A stretch of 64,000 nucleotides of DNA, taken from assembly GCA_012523305.1 (NCBI GenBank), contig JAAYIV010000141.1:5161-69160 (forward strand). The letters run 5' to 3'. Source of the stretch: Spirochaetales bacterium (GTDB lineage: Bacteria > Spirochaetota > Spirochaetia > Sphaerochaetales > Sphaerochaetaceae). Under the pieces are notes generated by a model. The model had not been told where the DNA came from and made no database searches. It worked only from the letters and a program-made list of their open reading frames with translations. Numbering within the stretch: position 1 is the first letter of the stretch; each line of letters starts with the position of its first letter. Positions 48,708 to 58,596 of the stretch are shown here, in pieces. Position numbers and translations under genes: made by a program.

Positions 48708-49880
48708 CTATAATCGAATCAATTCGGTATTCTCGAGAGCTTCTTTCAAAAGAAGTTCAATGTCCATTAGCTCGTAACTGTTTCGTATGCTTTCGAGGTT
48801 CGGTTTGACCAACGGATGTTTCGGGCTGAAAATCGTGCAACAGTCTTCATAAGGTAAAATCGAAGTATCGAACGTACCGATTGCTCTGGCTGTCTGGACG
48901 ATTTCCTCCTTGTCCATTCCGATCAAGGGCCTGAACACGGGCAATTCGGTCATGCTATCGGTAAAAGCTATGCTTTGAAGGGTTTGCGATGCGACTTGGG
49001 ATAGTGCTTCTCCGGTAACGATACATTTGCAACCTCGCTGTGCCGCGAGCTCGGTGGTGATTCTCACCATGCAAGCACGCATGAGCAATGTCGTTTCTTC
49101 TTCGTGTGCGTGACTTTTGATATGTAATTGCACATCGGTGAACGGAACAACATGCAGGTGTAGTTGAGAACAAAACGGTGAGAGGATCTTACCCAAAGCA
49201 ATTACCTTTTCCTTTGCCAAATCAGAAGTATAAGGATAGGCGTGGAAATACACCGCTTCCAATCTCAATCCACGTTTTGCCATCCTGTAACCGGCGACAG
49301 GACTATCGATTCCCCCTGAGAGCATCAGCATCCCCCGACCTGCGGTACCTACGGGTAAGCCTCCCGGCCCGCTGTGATCGGATGTGTACAGATAGGCCTT
49401 GTCCCTGATCTCCACATATAAAATTCGTTGTGGATTGTGAACATCTACGGTCATATTCTGATGGCGACCAAGGACCAAGTGTCCTAGTTCAGCGGAAATA
49501 TCGTATGATTTCATCGGAAAAGTTTTATCCGCCCTGACCGTTTCGACCTTGAATGTCGATGCGCTGTTGAAAAACGGTTCATCCACAATGGTGGTGGCGA
49601 TCTTTACGATCTCTTCAAATTGTTTAGGGCAAGAGAGGGCTTTTGCAAAACCAACGATACCGAAAGTAGTTGCCAGAGCATGGTTCACCAATTCATCCGG
49701 AGCTTTTTCATCAACTTGGACAAACATTCTTCCTTTTTGCTTCGTTATCCGGCTTTGGAATGGTCGCAGCTTATACTTGATATTGTGCTTTAGCTTTGCC
49801 TCGAACATGTCCCTATTCATTTTCTTGAGTGAAATTTCACCAAGACGTACAAGATACAATGTGTAATCCACCAAATTCAC
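48708..49880 (-). CDS. thiI: tRNA 4-thiouridine synthase ThiI (no rhodanese domain)
   Basis: It has ferredoxin-like and THUMP N-terminal domains and the PP-loop LSGGIDSPVA. 390 aa. Confidence 0.9.
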   Translation of the reverse strand: MNLVDYTLYLVRLGEISLKKMNRDMFEAKLKHNIKYKLRPFQSRITKQKGRMFVQVDEKAPDELVNHALATTFGIVGFAKALSCPKQFEEIVKIATTIVDEPFFNSASTFKVETVRADKTFPMKSYDISAELGHLVLGRHQNMTVDVHNPQRILYVEIRDKAYLYTSDHSGPGGLPVGTAGRGMLMLSGGIDSPVAGYRMAKRGLRLEAVYFHAYPYTSDLAKEKVIALGKILSPFCSQLHLHVVPFTDVQLHIKSHAHEEETTLLMRACMVRITTELAAQRGCKCIVTGEALSQVASQTLQSIAFTDSMTELPVFRPLIGMDKEEIVQTARAIGTFDTSILPYEDCCTIFSPKHPLVKPNLESIRNSYELMDIELLLKEALENTELIRL

Positions 49881-51052
49881 CTCATTACGTTAGTTATATT
49901 GCCGCTGGCAATGTGTCGTAGGCAAGAAATAAGCCTATCGCATTCTTCTTCAGTCGTCGATGGACCGAAGGAGATGCGTATCAGATGGTTTGCCATGTGT
50001 GCCGGATATCCGAAATCAACCAATTGCCGATTGTGTTGCCGTTTCGCATTATTCGAGCAAGCCGAACCGCTTGATACGTACAGTTTGTTGTCACTGAGGA
50101 TTCTCGTAGTAACTTCCGAAGGAAAAGCCGGTATCGATATCGCCATAACAGAATTCAATATATCCTTGCCATCGTCTACCCGTGGCGAGACCGGCATGAT
50201 CCCGCGCGTCGCATACAGTTGGTCTTCCAGCAGTTTTCGCAGATGCAACACATGTTGTGCATCCTGATGAATGTTTTCACGTATATCTTCCAATGCGGTG
50301 TTCATCGCAACGATTCCGGCGATATTCTCTGTACCGCCACGCAACCCATGTTCCTGTCCTCCTCCCTTTGAAAGACTTTCCAGTGAACCGGAGGGAGCGT
50401 AGAGAAGGCCGACACCTCGCGGGCCTTGGAATTTGTGAGCACTCATAGCAGCTGAATCGATATCGAGAGTCGAGAGCTTGAGATCTTTTTTGCCGATCAT
50501 CTGGACGGCATCGCAATGAAAATGGATTCTTCTACCGGACAGTTTTTCATGTTCGCGAACACACGAGACCAACGCAGGAATGTCCTGTACCGTACCTACG
50601 ACATTATTTGCCAACATGACACATACCAATTGTACGTCATCACTGAGAAGAGAACGGAATTTATCGACATCGAGGTACCCGTTGATCGAAGGGGCCACAA
50701 CGACTTCAAAACCCATTGTTTCGAGCAATCTTTTATGTTGGGAAACCGCCGCATGTTCAAGAGAACTGAAGATTACCCGTTTGGGGCTTCTTCTCCACAA
50801 CTGCGATAAGATCGCAATCGAATTAGCCTCTGTTCCGCCACTCGTATACACAACCGATTTGACATCGATGTCCAACAGTGATGCGGTTTTTTCCCTCATG
50901 TCCTGTAACATGGTTGCTGCTTGACGTCCGAGTGCATGGGCTGCCGAAGGGTTCCCGATGCAATGCCGGGCAGCATCATGGTAAGCATCCAAAGCCCTTT
51001 CGCTCATCATCGTAGTTGCCGCCCAATCGAAATATCCTGAAATCATGTGCAT
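49877..51052 (-). CDS. Cysteine desulfurase (NifS/NifZ/IscS class V aminotransferase)
   Basis: FDWAATT, the PLP lysine SAHKFQGPRG and the catalytic Cys SSGSACS are present. It overlaps thiI by 4 nt. ATG 51052 is chosen to avoid a divergent overlap with aroB. The ORF track extends to 51133. Confidence 0.9.
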   Translation of the reverse strand: MHMISGYFDWAATTMMSERALDAYHDAARHCIGNPSAAHALGRQAATMLQDMREKTASLLDIDVKSVVYTSGGTEANSIAILSQLWRRSPKRVIFSSLEHAAVSQHKRLLETMGFEVVVAPSINGYLDVDKFRSLLSDDVQLVCVMLANNVVGTVQDIPALVSCVREHEKLSGRRIHFHCDAVQMIGKKDLKLSTLDIDSAAMSAHKFQGPRGVGLLYAPSGSLESLSKGGGQEHGLRGGTENIAGIVAMNTALEDIRENIHQDAQHVLHLRKLLEDQLYATRGIMPVSPRVDDGKDILNSVMAISIPAFPSEVTTRILSDNKLYVSSGSACSNNAKRQHNRQLVDFGYPAHMANHLIRISFGPSTTEEECDRLISCLRHIASGNITNVMR

Positions 51053-51124
51053 ATCATGGTCTAAAAGAGTATGATTTTCAATAAGTATGCTTGAAGTCGG
51101 CTCAAATTGGGGGTATAAGAAACC

Positions 51125-52162
51125 ATGAAACATCTTTACGATTGTTTTTTAGGTGAAAAACGAACCTCGGTGTACCTTGCCAGACAAGTCGATGATATCA
51201 TCGAGACGATCAAGGCTTCGCAAAAAATCGCGCTATGGGTATGCGATTCGACAACTACCAATTTCCTCGCTGTCCCCGAAATCAATAAAGTCGTCCTGGA
51301 ATCGGGCGAGATATCCAAAAAATGGGACTCGGTCGAGCAAATCTGTGCCGCGGCTGTTCGTTTGCGGATGGGAAGAGACGGCGTGGTCATAGGTTTTGGA
51401 GGCGGGGTGGTGTGCGACATCGCCGGTTTCGCCGCTTCGATGTATATGCGCGGATGTTCACTTGCATTGGTGCCGACAACCTTGCTCGCGATGGTCGATG
51501 CGTCTCTTGGAGGTAAAACGGCAATCGATATCTTTGGGATAAAAAATCTTGTCGGATCATTCTACCCCGCGAGACACCTCTATCTTTGCCCCCCGTTGCT
51601 TTCGAGCTTGCCTGTAAAAGAATTCATCAATGGATTGGGGGAGGTTATCAAACATGCCCTGTTATCCCCGGACAGCCGGCTAATGGAACTTTTGGAAACC
51701 AAAAAGAACAAGATTTTGTCTCTCGATACTATGGTGCTCCAAGAATTGGTGATTGCTTCGCTCGAAGTCAAACGCCGTTACATCGAATCCGATCCCCGCG
51801 AAGAGATCGGCCTCAGGGCAATGCTCAATCTCGGACATACATTTGCCCACGCATTGGAAACCGTTGGGAATCTCTTTTCATGGTCACACGGTGAAGCGGT
51901 CGCATGGGGAACGGTAAAAGCACTTCAAGCCGGAGTGGCATTACGTGTCACGGACGAACCATATGCACACAGGGCGATTGCCGTTTTCGAGTCCTATGGA
52001 TTTGATATTCATCACCGTGTGAAAGAAACCAAACGTTTTTTGGAAGCCTTGGAAGGGGATAAAAAACGTTCCGGCAGTTCAATTCGGTTCGTTATCATGC
52101 AAACACAAGGAAAGGGAACTCTTCAACACCTTGATCAATCATTGATTATTTCAATCATCTGA
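51125..52162 (+). CDS. aroB: 3-dehydroquinate synthase
   Basis: GFGGGVVCDIAGFAAS, VPTTLLAMVDASLGGKTAID, NLGHTFAHALE and SHGEAVAWG are present. Confidence 0.9.
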   Translation: MKHLYDCFLGEKRTSVYLARQVDDIIETIKASQKIALWVCDSTTTNFLAVPEINKVVLESGEISKKWDSVEQICAAAVRLRMGRDGVVIGFGGGVVCDIAGFAASMYMRGCSLALVPTTLLAMVDASLGGKTAIDIFGIKNLVGSFYPARHLYLCPPLLSSLPVKEFINGLGEVIKHALLSPDSRLMELLETKKNKILSLDTMVLQELVIASLEVKRRYIESDPREEIGLRAMLNLGHTFAHALETVGNLFSWSHGEAVAWGTVKALQAGVALRVTDEPYAHRAIAVFESYGFDIHHRVKETKRFLEALEGDKKRSGSSIRFVIMQTQGKGTLQHLDQSLIISII

Positions 52163-52163
52163 G

Positions 52164-52182
52164 ATCCACATCGTATGTGGAT
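52164..52182 (+). terminator. Perfect 8-bp hairpin immediately after the aroB stop
   Basis: ATCCACAT-cgt-ATGTGGAT. It has no T tail, so terminator function is uncertain. Confidence 0.3.
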
Positions 52183-52431
52183 GATCTCCAACTTCACGGT
52201 ATTGTCATTGCAATGTTGAAAATTTCTACCCGGACCAATGCAAAGATAACAAAGATAAAAGTGACATAAATTTTATGGTGTCTCCGTTCAAGTTTTGCTA
52301 CCGCATAAAAAAACTTTAAATATTATTACAATTGGCGATACGAAAGGCGATGCCAAAAGTACGGGGTGTACTGGTTATAAGAAAATTTCCCGATTATTTT
52401 TCCCTGCAAATCAAATTGAAATGGACAACTT

Positions 52432-54969
52432 TCACCTATCGAATATTTTAAGCAAATACTCATAGGCCTTTTTTGCAATCCGCATTTCGTTCGGGTATGT
52501 CTTTGCAACGATAGAATCGACAAGTTCTCCCACCGAGTATAATGAAAGGTCCAACGCTTCAAAAAAACTTTTGACGACCGTGAACCGGTACCCGCCCGAA
52601 CCCACCGCATCGAGCGCAATGAATCCTATCTGTTGCTTTGATTTCTTCAAACGGCAGAATGCCAAAATCCATTCAAGATTATCGGTTAGGACTTTGGGAT
52701 CTGATGCATAATACATTCCGGTCGGAGGGCTGTCGAGTATACCTTTGGCCGGCTGCAGTTTTCCAACCAACTCTAAGATAGTGAAAAATTTGTCACCGTA
52801 ATGAATATATTGTCCATTAAATAGTAATGCCGCAGGGAAATTCTTAGGCCTTTTTCCACTGGTCGCATGCATTTTCGAAAGGTATTCGAGCTCGCCCAAA
52901 GGAATGATAGCTATTTCGCGTTTCCCTTTTTTCGGTGATTCCAACACATACTCGTGCCGATAGATGGTAATAACATTCCTATCCGAGGATTTGTTGCTTT
53001 TCTGCTGTACTTCTACGGATCTGGATCTTCTTTCGCTTTGCCGTTCGTACCTGTCCGATCGTTCATGTCCCTCAGCATCTTTCAATGCGGTGAGACGTTT
53101 TCGTAATCCTTCAGATATACCATCAAGCCACTCCCTGCGTAGAGGAGAGACCGTTCTCGCATACATACGACTCGTCTGAACTATTTCTCCGGCTATGATG
53201 AATTGTGGCAACTCCCTGAACCACGCAGATCCGGGATGGAGGTAAATCAGATTTGCCGTAAGACTCTTGTACATGTTCTTTTTTGATTTGATACAGACAA
53301 ATTGCAGAAGTCCCGCAGCCAAACATGATAAATAATCACGTACTGATCCGCCGCTGGATATTGGGAACCCGATTTCAGAAACAATTTCAGCTATCTGCTC
53401 CGACACGTGCAATATCTCAACCATCGACGGATAATCAAGATAATATCGCTTGCAAAACCGCTCCCGTTCCTCATTGGTCTTCTGTTTTTTAAATTGTCCG
53501 TGGATGTCGAGGAATGAAATGAAATCACCATGTTCGGAAGCAAAACTCTGGTGCGCTTTACGGGCTTCGTCTTCTTGTCCGGGGGGAAGTACAAACGGGG
53601 TTTTCGAAGATAAGAACGAGATTGCGATGATGACCTCGTCCAAGACATTCGGGTAACGCAACATTGCTTCGACGATCACACGAGAATGTCTTGGCAGTAA
53701 GGGGAATTTTACCATAAGCGTACCGATCGATGTCAATCTGCGTTTGGCATCGATCGCATTGATGAATCGAAGGGTTTGTTCGGCACTCTGTATAGCGCTG
53801 TTCTTTGGTTTTGTGATAAACGGGAAATGTTCATAATCGAATATCCCGAGCTCCGACATCCTGAGAACCACTTCTGAAAGATCTGTGCGCAGAATTTCTT
53901 CAGTACCGTATAACGGTCTGATAGCATAGTCATTCTTGTCGAACAGCCTGAAACACACTCCCGGTGCTGTTCGTCCAGCACGTCCCGCCCGTTGTTCGCA
54001 CGATGATTGGGATACCGGCAGGCTGACCAATGAAGAAGTAAAATCCTTTTGATTGTAGTAGTTTATTTTCGCGACTCCCGAATCTATGACAATCGTTATC
54101 CCATCTATCGTAACGCTTGTTTCTGCTATATTGGTAGCAACCACCACCTTGGTTTTGCCTGCCGGTGTGGGGATGAATACCTTGGATTGCTCATCCTTGC
54201 TCAACCGTCCGAACAATGGATTGATGACCAGCTTGGAACGATATGTGGATGTATTCAGATACTGCACGCATGTCTTGATGTCGAATTCACCAGGAAGAAA
54301 CACCAGAACATCTCCTTCACCTGTTCGCACATGCGTATCGATGATATGGACAATCTTTTCAAACAATTCTTCATGTTGGTTCTGATTGCGTAGCGGTTGA
54401 TACACGATATTCACCGGATGGACCCGCGCATCGATATGGACTATCGGAGCATTGTCGAAATACTGTGAAAACACCTCGGTATTAATAGTGGCAGAGGAGA
54501 TGATTACTTTAAATTCCGGCCTGGCTGCGAGTACATTCTTGAGTAACCCCAATACAAAATCAATATTCAGGCTCCGTTCATGGGCCTCGTCGACCATCAT
54601 CACTGCATATTTTGTCAGCATGGGATCGGCTTTAAATTCCATCAACAATATCCCGTCGGTCATCACCTTTATCCTGGTATCCTTATCGGTGGTGTCCGAA
54701 AACCTCATTTTGTAGCCGACATACGAGCCTTCGTCCTCCAGCTGGCGCTTTATGAAATCAGAAACCGACAGGGCTGCAATTCGTCTTGGTTGGGTAATTC
54801 CAACTATCTTGTCGGATGTGTATCCCGCTTCATCGAGAATGATCGGAATCTGGGTTGTTTTGCCGGAACCTGTAGGACTTTCAACGACAACAACTTGATT
54901 ATGTTCCAATGCATCGAGAATATCTGATCGATGTTGATAGACGGGCAGGTGTTTCATAATCGCTGTCAA
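52432..54969 (-). CDS. DEAH-box ATP-dependent RNA helicase (HrpA/HrpB-like)
   Basis: GSGKTTQIP, MVDEAHERS, SATIN, TNIAETSVTI and QRAGRAGR are present. The C-terminal extension is long. Confidence 0.9.
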   Translation of the reverse strand: MTAIMKHLPVYQHRSDILDALEHNQVVVVESPTGSGKTTQIPIILDEAGYTSDKIVGITQPRRIAALSVSDFIKRQLEDEGSYVGYKMRFSDTTDKDTRIKVMTDGILLMEFKADPMLTKYAVMMVDEAHERSLNIDFVLGLLKNVLAARPEFKVIISSATINTEVFSQYFDNAPIVHIDARVHPVNIVYQPLRNQNQHEELFEKIVHIIDTHVRTGEGDVLVFLPGEFDIKTCVQYLNTSTYRSKLVINPLFGRLSKDEQSKVFIPTPAGKTKVVVATNIAETSVTIDGITIVIDSGVAKINYYNQKDFTSSLVSLPVSQSSCEQRAGRAGRTAPGVCFRLFDKNDYAIRPLYGTEEILRTDLSEVVLRMSELGIFDYEHFPFITKPKNSAIQSAEQTLRFINAIDAKRRLTSIGTLMVKFPLLPRHSRVIVEAMLRYPNVLDEVIIAISFLSSKTPFVLPPGQEDEARKAHQSFASEHGDFISFLDIHGQFKKQKTNEERERFCKRYYLDYPSMVEILHVSEQIAEIVSEIGFPISSGGSVRDYLSCLAAGLLQFVCIKSKKNMYKSLTANLIYLHPGSAWFRELPQFIIAGEIVQTSRMYARTVSPLRREWLDGISEGLRKRLTALKDAEGHERSDRYERQSERRSRSVEVQQKSNKSSDRNVITIYRHEYVLESPKKGKREIAIIPLGELEYLSKMHATSGKRPKNFPAALLFNGQYIHYGDKFFTILELVGKLQPAKGILDSPPTGMYYASDPKVLTDNLEWILAFCRLKKSKQQIGFIALDAVGSGGYRFTVVKSFFEALDLSLYSVGELVDSIVAKTYPNEMRIAKKAYEYLLKIFDR

Positions 54970-56294
54970 TTACGACCGTCCTTTATGATTTTGGCAACCT
55001 CAAATATATTCAAGCGATTCGTATCGCTTCTGGTCGCCAGGTTACGAAGGGTGCACAATCCCTGATCGCATTCATCTTGACTGAACAGGATTGCGAAGGG
55101 AATGTTGTTGCTTTCTGCATACTTGAATTGCGCTGCCAGTTTTTTATCAGCAAGAAAATGATCGCATCGTATCGAAAGTGCTCTCAATTGGGAGGCTAGT
55201 TTGAAACCATGGGGAATGCACTCGGAATCTTGATTCAAAATGATCACATCGGCTGATGAAGATTGCGTCAGCAAATCGCTGTCCAAATCCTCCAGCGCAC
55301 TGATCAGGCGGTCAAGACCGATAGATGAGCCGACACCCGGAATATGCTCGTTGGTGTACAATGATGCCAATTCGTTGTAGCGTCCGCCTGAACAGACAGA
55401 ACCGATCTCGATTAGGTCATCAAGAAACGTTTCATACACGATACCAGTGTAATAGTCCAAACCGCGCGTGATGGAAGGATCGATGCAAAACGAGGCTTCG
55501 ATACCGTTGTCTTCAAGCAATGAAAGTATCGTGTGCAAACGCCGGGCATGTTCTGAAGTTCCGCCGGCCAATCGGTCGAGCTGTGCTAGTATTTCACGAT
55601 TTGTCTTTTGTCCTTCGACAGTGATATAATCCATTATGGCTTGTGCGCTGTCCGATGAACCACTAATCGCTTTCAGTTGTTCAAAGACTTCAACGGTTCC
55701 GATTTTTCTTAATTTATCCACGCACCGTAGGATTTCGACCGAGTAGGGAAGACATCCGATAGCGTTGAGAAAATCATTGAATAAACCACGATGCGCGATC
55801 CTTATGGTAAACCGTTTCAAGCCCAACGAAGAAAGCGAACTGTGCATCATCGATAGGATCTCGTAATCGGCGTATCCCGAATCAATACCTACGATATCGA
55901 AATCACATTGAAAAAACTCCCTGTAACGTCCTTTTTGTGGATTCTCACCTCTCCATACCTTTGCAATGTGAAAGCGTTTGAACGGCAATGAGAGTTCATT
56001 CTTGTGCTCTGCCATGAACCTGGCAAAGGGGACGGTCAAGTCATAACGCATCGCTACATCTCGCTTGCCATTATCCTTAAAGCTGAAAATCTGCTTGTCC
56101 GTCTCTCCGTTTCCTTTCCCAAGCAACACTTCGGTATATTCAAGCACAGGCGTATCGATCGGTACGAATCCATACTTTTGAAACTCAGATTCCAATGTGG
56201 AAATGATATATTTCTTCACAAGCTCTTGCTTGGGTAACGAATCGCGAAAACCCTTCAGTACTCTAGGTTGTATCATGTAGTGCTCCTGTTGCAT
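54966..56294 (-). CDS. hisS: Histidyl-tRNA synthetase
   Basis: LKGFRDSLP, class II motifs (KVWRGENPQKGRYREFFQCDFD; GGRYNEL) and a C-terminal anticodon-binding domain are present. The start is ATG 56294 or 56276. Confidence 0.95.
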   Translation of the reverse strand: MQQEHYMIQPRVLKGFRDSLPKQELVKKYIISTLESEFQKYGFVPIDTPVLEYTEVLLGKGNGETDKQIFSFKDNGKRDVAMRYDLTVPFARFMAEHKNELSLPFKRFHIAKVWRGENPQKGRYREFFQCDFDIVGIDSGYADYEILSMMHSSLSSLGLKRFTIRIAHRGLFNDFLNAIGCLPYSVEILRCVDKLRKIGTVEVFEQLKAISGSSDSAQAIMDYITVEGQKTNREILAQLDRLAGGTSEHARRLHTILSLLEDNGIEASFCIDPSITRGLDYYTGIVYETFLDDLIEIGSVCSGGRYNELASLYTNEHIPGVGSSIGLDRLISALEDLDSDLLTQSSSADVIILNQDSECIPHGFKLASQLRALSIRCDHFLADKKLAAQFKYAESNNIPFAILFSQDECDQGLCTLRNLATRSDTNRLNIFEVAKIIKDGRN

Positions 56295-56360
56295 TTTTAT
56301 CCTGTATGGTACAATATATTACTTGAATCCAACCATTAGCGCAACATAGACGGTCAAACG

Positions 56361-57617
56361 ATGTTCATACGGTATAGAAAAGAAGATGATGGAAAAAACA
56401 TGCCGCTCGCAGAAATCTATAGTCGAGAAGAGCATGGTATTGATATGCGCGATATTGATTTGGACGCAATCTGGGCGATTCGGAAATTAAAACAATCAGG
56501 AGCCCAGGCATATATCGTAGGCGGTGCTATCCGCGATTTGCTTCTGGGTCGCAAACCGAAGGATTTCGATATCGCAACTTCCGCGTCTCCCCGTCAAGTC
56601 CAGAAGATGTTCTGGAATGCAAGGATCATCGGAAAACGGTTCAAACTGGTCCATCTGATATTCAAAGACAAAGTCCTCGAAATTTCAACGTTCAGATCGG
56701 GTGAAGACGGAAGTGACGGACCCTCTACGATTTATGGAACCGCGGAGCAAGATGCCAAACGGAGGGATTTTTCGGTTAATTCATTATACTTTGATCCGAT
56801 TGACGGCACTATCATAGATTATAACCATGCGATGGATGATTTTAAAAAAGAAAGAATCCGTTCCGTACTTCCGCTGCCCGAGAGTTTTATCGAAGATCCG
56901 GTGCGTATGGTCAGAGCAATAAAATATGCCGTAACGACTGGATTTTCTCTTCAAGGGTCCGTAAAACGTACGATTAAACGGTATGCTAACGAATTGGCGA
57001 GAGTATCGACATCGAGATTGACCGAAGAGGTCGTTAAAATCCTCGGATCGGGTGCATCCGCTCCCATTTTGAGAGAATTACAACGCTACCGATTGCTTGT
57101 CTATATGCTTCCATGCTTGAGCGTGTATACCGATTTCCCAGAAGTTAACACATCGCTGAGAGCACTTGACGCCAAGATAATAGCAGCCCAGAATTCCGGA
57201 TCGAAAACTATCGACAATGACCTTGAAAAGGGAGAAATGCTCAAAGCCCTTACAAAGCCGATGATTGTCTTTCAACAGCTTGACGGGACCACGCCTGAAG
57301 AATTGTTCAAAGAAACCTATCGACAGATAAAGGTTTTGGTCAGTCCGATCACACCTCCCAACTATGATGTTGAAGTCGCGGCGATGATGTTACTCAAAGA
57401 TGCCGGGTATGATATTCCGAAACACTGCATAAAGACAAGAAAACCGATAAACAGGGCGCCGTTTCAAGGTAGGGGCAAACGTAAGGAAGCATCCCATAAA
57501 CCGCGGAAGACCGATGATTTGCAGAACATGGTGCGTAAGAGGACAAAAAGACGGAGACCAAAACCAACTGTCCAAGACAAGAGCGCATCATCCGAACAAC
57601 CAATGAACTCCAACTAA
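56361..57617 (+). CDS. pcnB: Poly(A) polymerase I-like class II nucleotidyltransferase
   Basis: AYIVGGAIRDLLLGRKPKDFDIATSASPRQVQKMFWNARIIGKRFKLVHLIF closely parallels E. coli PAP I ([21 protein letters not shown]...RLVGRRFRLAHVMF). KRRDFSVNSLY is present. The C-terminal tail is Arg/Lys-rich. It has no HD domain. Confidence 0.8.
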   Translation: MFIRYRKEDDGKNMPLAEIYSREEHGIDMRDIDLDAIWAIRKLKQSGAQAYIVGGAIRDLLLGRKPKDFDIATSASPRQVQKMFWNARIIGKRFKLVHLIFKDKVLEISTFRSGEDGSDGPSTIYGTAEQDAKRRDFSVNSLYFDPIDGTIIDYNHAMDDFKKERIRSVLPLPESFIEDPVRMVRAIKYAVTTGFSLQGSVKRTIKRYANELARVSTSRLTEEVVKILGSGASAPILRELQRYRLLVYMLPCLSVYTDFPEVNTSLRALDAKIIAAQNSGSKTIDNDLEKGEMLKALTKPMIVFQQLDGTTPEELFKETYRQIKVLVSPITPPNYDVEVAAMMLLKDAGYDIPKHCIKTRKPINRAPFQGRGKRKEASHKPRKTDDLQNMVRKRTKRRRPKPTVQDKSASSEQPMNSN

Positions 57618-58474
57618 GCCCATTCTTCTATTTCAATATTCACTCCGGTAACGAAAATCCCACCATATCGTTCGAGAGAATCGGCAATATATTCCTGAAG
57701 TTCTGCGAGTGTGCTGGATATCTGGTGTTTTATGGGAACCCTTAGCTTTACTGTAAGATTATAACCGTCAGTCTCAACCTTAACCACGACCTTTTTTACC
57801 TTGATCATATTGTCGAATTCATCAAGGCAATGAATGACCATTTGAGTTAAAGCGGCTTCGCTCATGGTGATTTTTCCATGTTTGCTGAATTCAGGACGAA
57901 CTATGGTTTTCTCATACATGCGACCTTTCTTCCAAGGAAAGCGGGCTTTGTTCTTAAAGAATACACGCATCGAATCATAGACTATTTGCGGATATGTCCT
58001 GGTGATTTCGATGCTTGGAACAGGGATGACATGTTTTCCTTCGGAATAACGTATGCGCATCGCAGTCTCGATTTCTTCCTTCGATGCGATATCTTCGATT
58101 TTGAAGATTCGTTCTGGTTCCGGCAATTTTAACCGAGCTGCTATTTTATGAACCATTCGTTCCGATGTTCCCACGATAAGTAGCCGATGGTATTTCTCTT
58201 TCTGCAATGCCGTGATCGTTTCTCTTTGCTGCTCATCATCATCAAATAGTGCGGTGCGGACCGCCGTAAGGAAGTTTTGCTCGCGTTTGGCAGATTTCCC
58301 GGCAAGTATCCGATCGCCTTTTATCAGGAGTCCGTCATCGATGATCAGTTCAATATTATGCTTTTCTGCAACTAATTTGGAGCGAAAACTCTTGCCGGTG
58401 CCACTTCGGCCGACAAGTGCATAGACTTTCACTCCTTTCAGTTTCCAAAAAGCGTATCGGAAGATGCGGTTCAT
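57614..58474 (-). CDS. Uncharacterised P-loop NTPase fused to an Asp23/Gls24-like C-terminal domain
   Basis: The Walker A LVGRSGTGKS is followed by IELIIDDGLLIKGDRILAG. The C-terminal ~100 aa (ITMSEAALTQMVIHCLDEF...VKVETDGYNLTVKLRV...LQEYIADSLERYGGIFVTGVNIEIEEW) fits the Asp23 family pattern. The ORF track start is TTG 58504. Confidence 0.6.
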   Translation of the reverse strand: MNRIFRYAFWKLKGVKVYALVGRSGTGKSFRSKLVAEKHNIELIIDDGLLIKGDRILAGKSAKREQNFLTAVRTALFDDDEQQRETITALQKEKYHRLLIVGTSERMVHKIAARLKLPEPERIFKIEDIASKEEIETAMRIRYSEGKHVIPVPSIEITRTYPQIVYDSMRVFFKNKARFPWKKGRMYEKTIVRPEFSKHGKITMSEAALTQMVIHCLDEFDNMIKVKKVVVKVETDGYNLTVKLRVPIKHQISSTLAELQEYIADSLERYGGIFVTGVNIEIEEWA

Positions 58475-58596
58475 ATTTACTGTTATACCCTTTTTCAGGT
58501 ACAATATGAAGACGTATTACCGCAATGCACTGGAAATATACATGTTGCGGTATCTGGACATGCACGTCCAATCACACGGTAAGGAGTCGAATCTCA

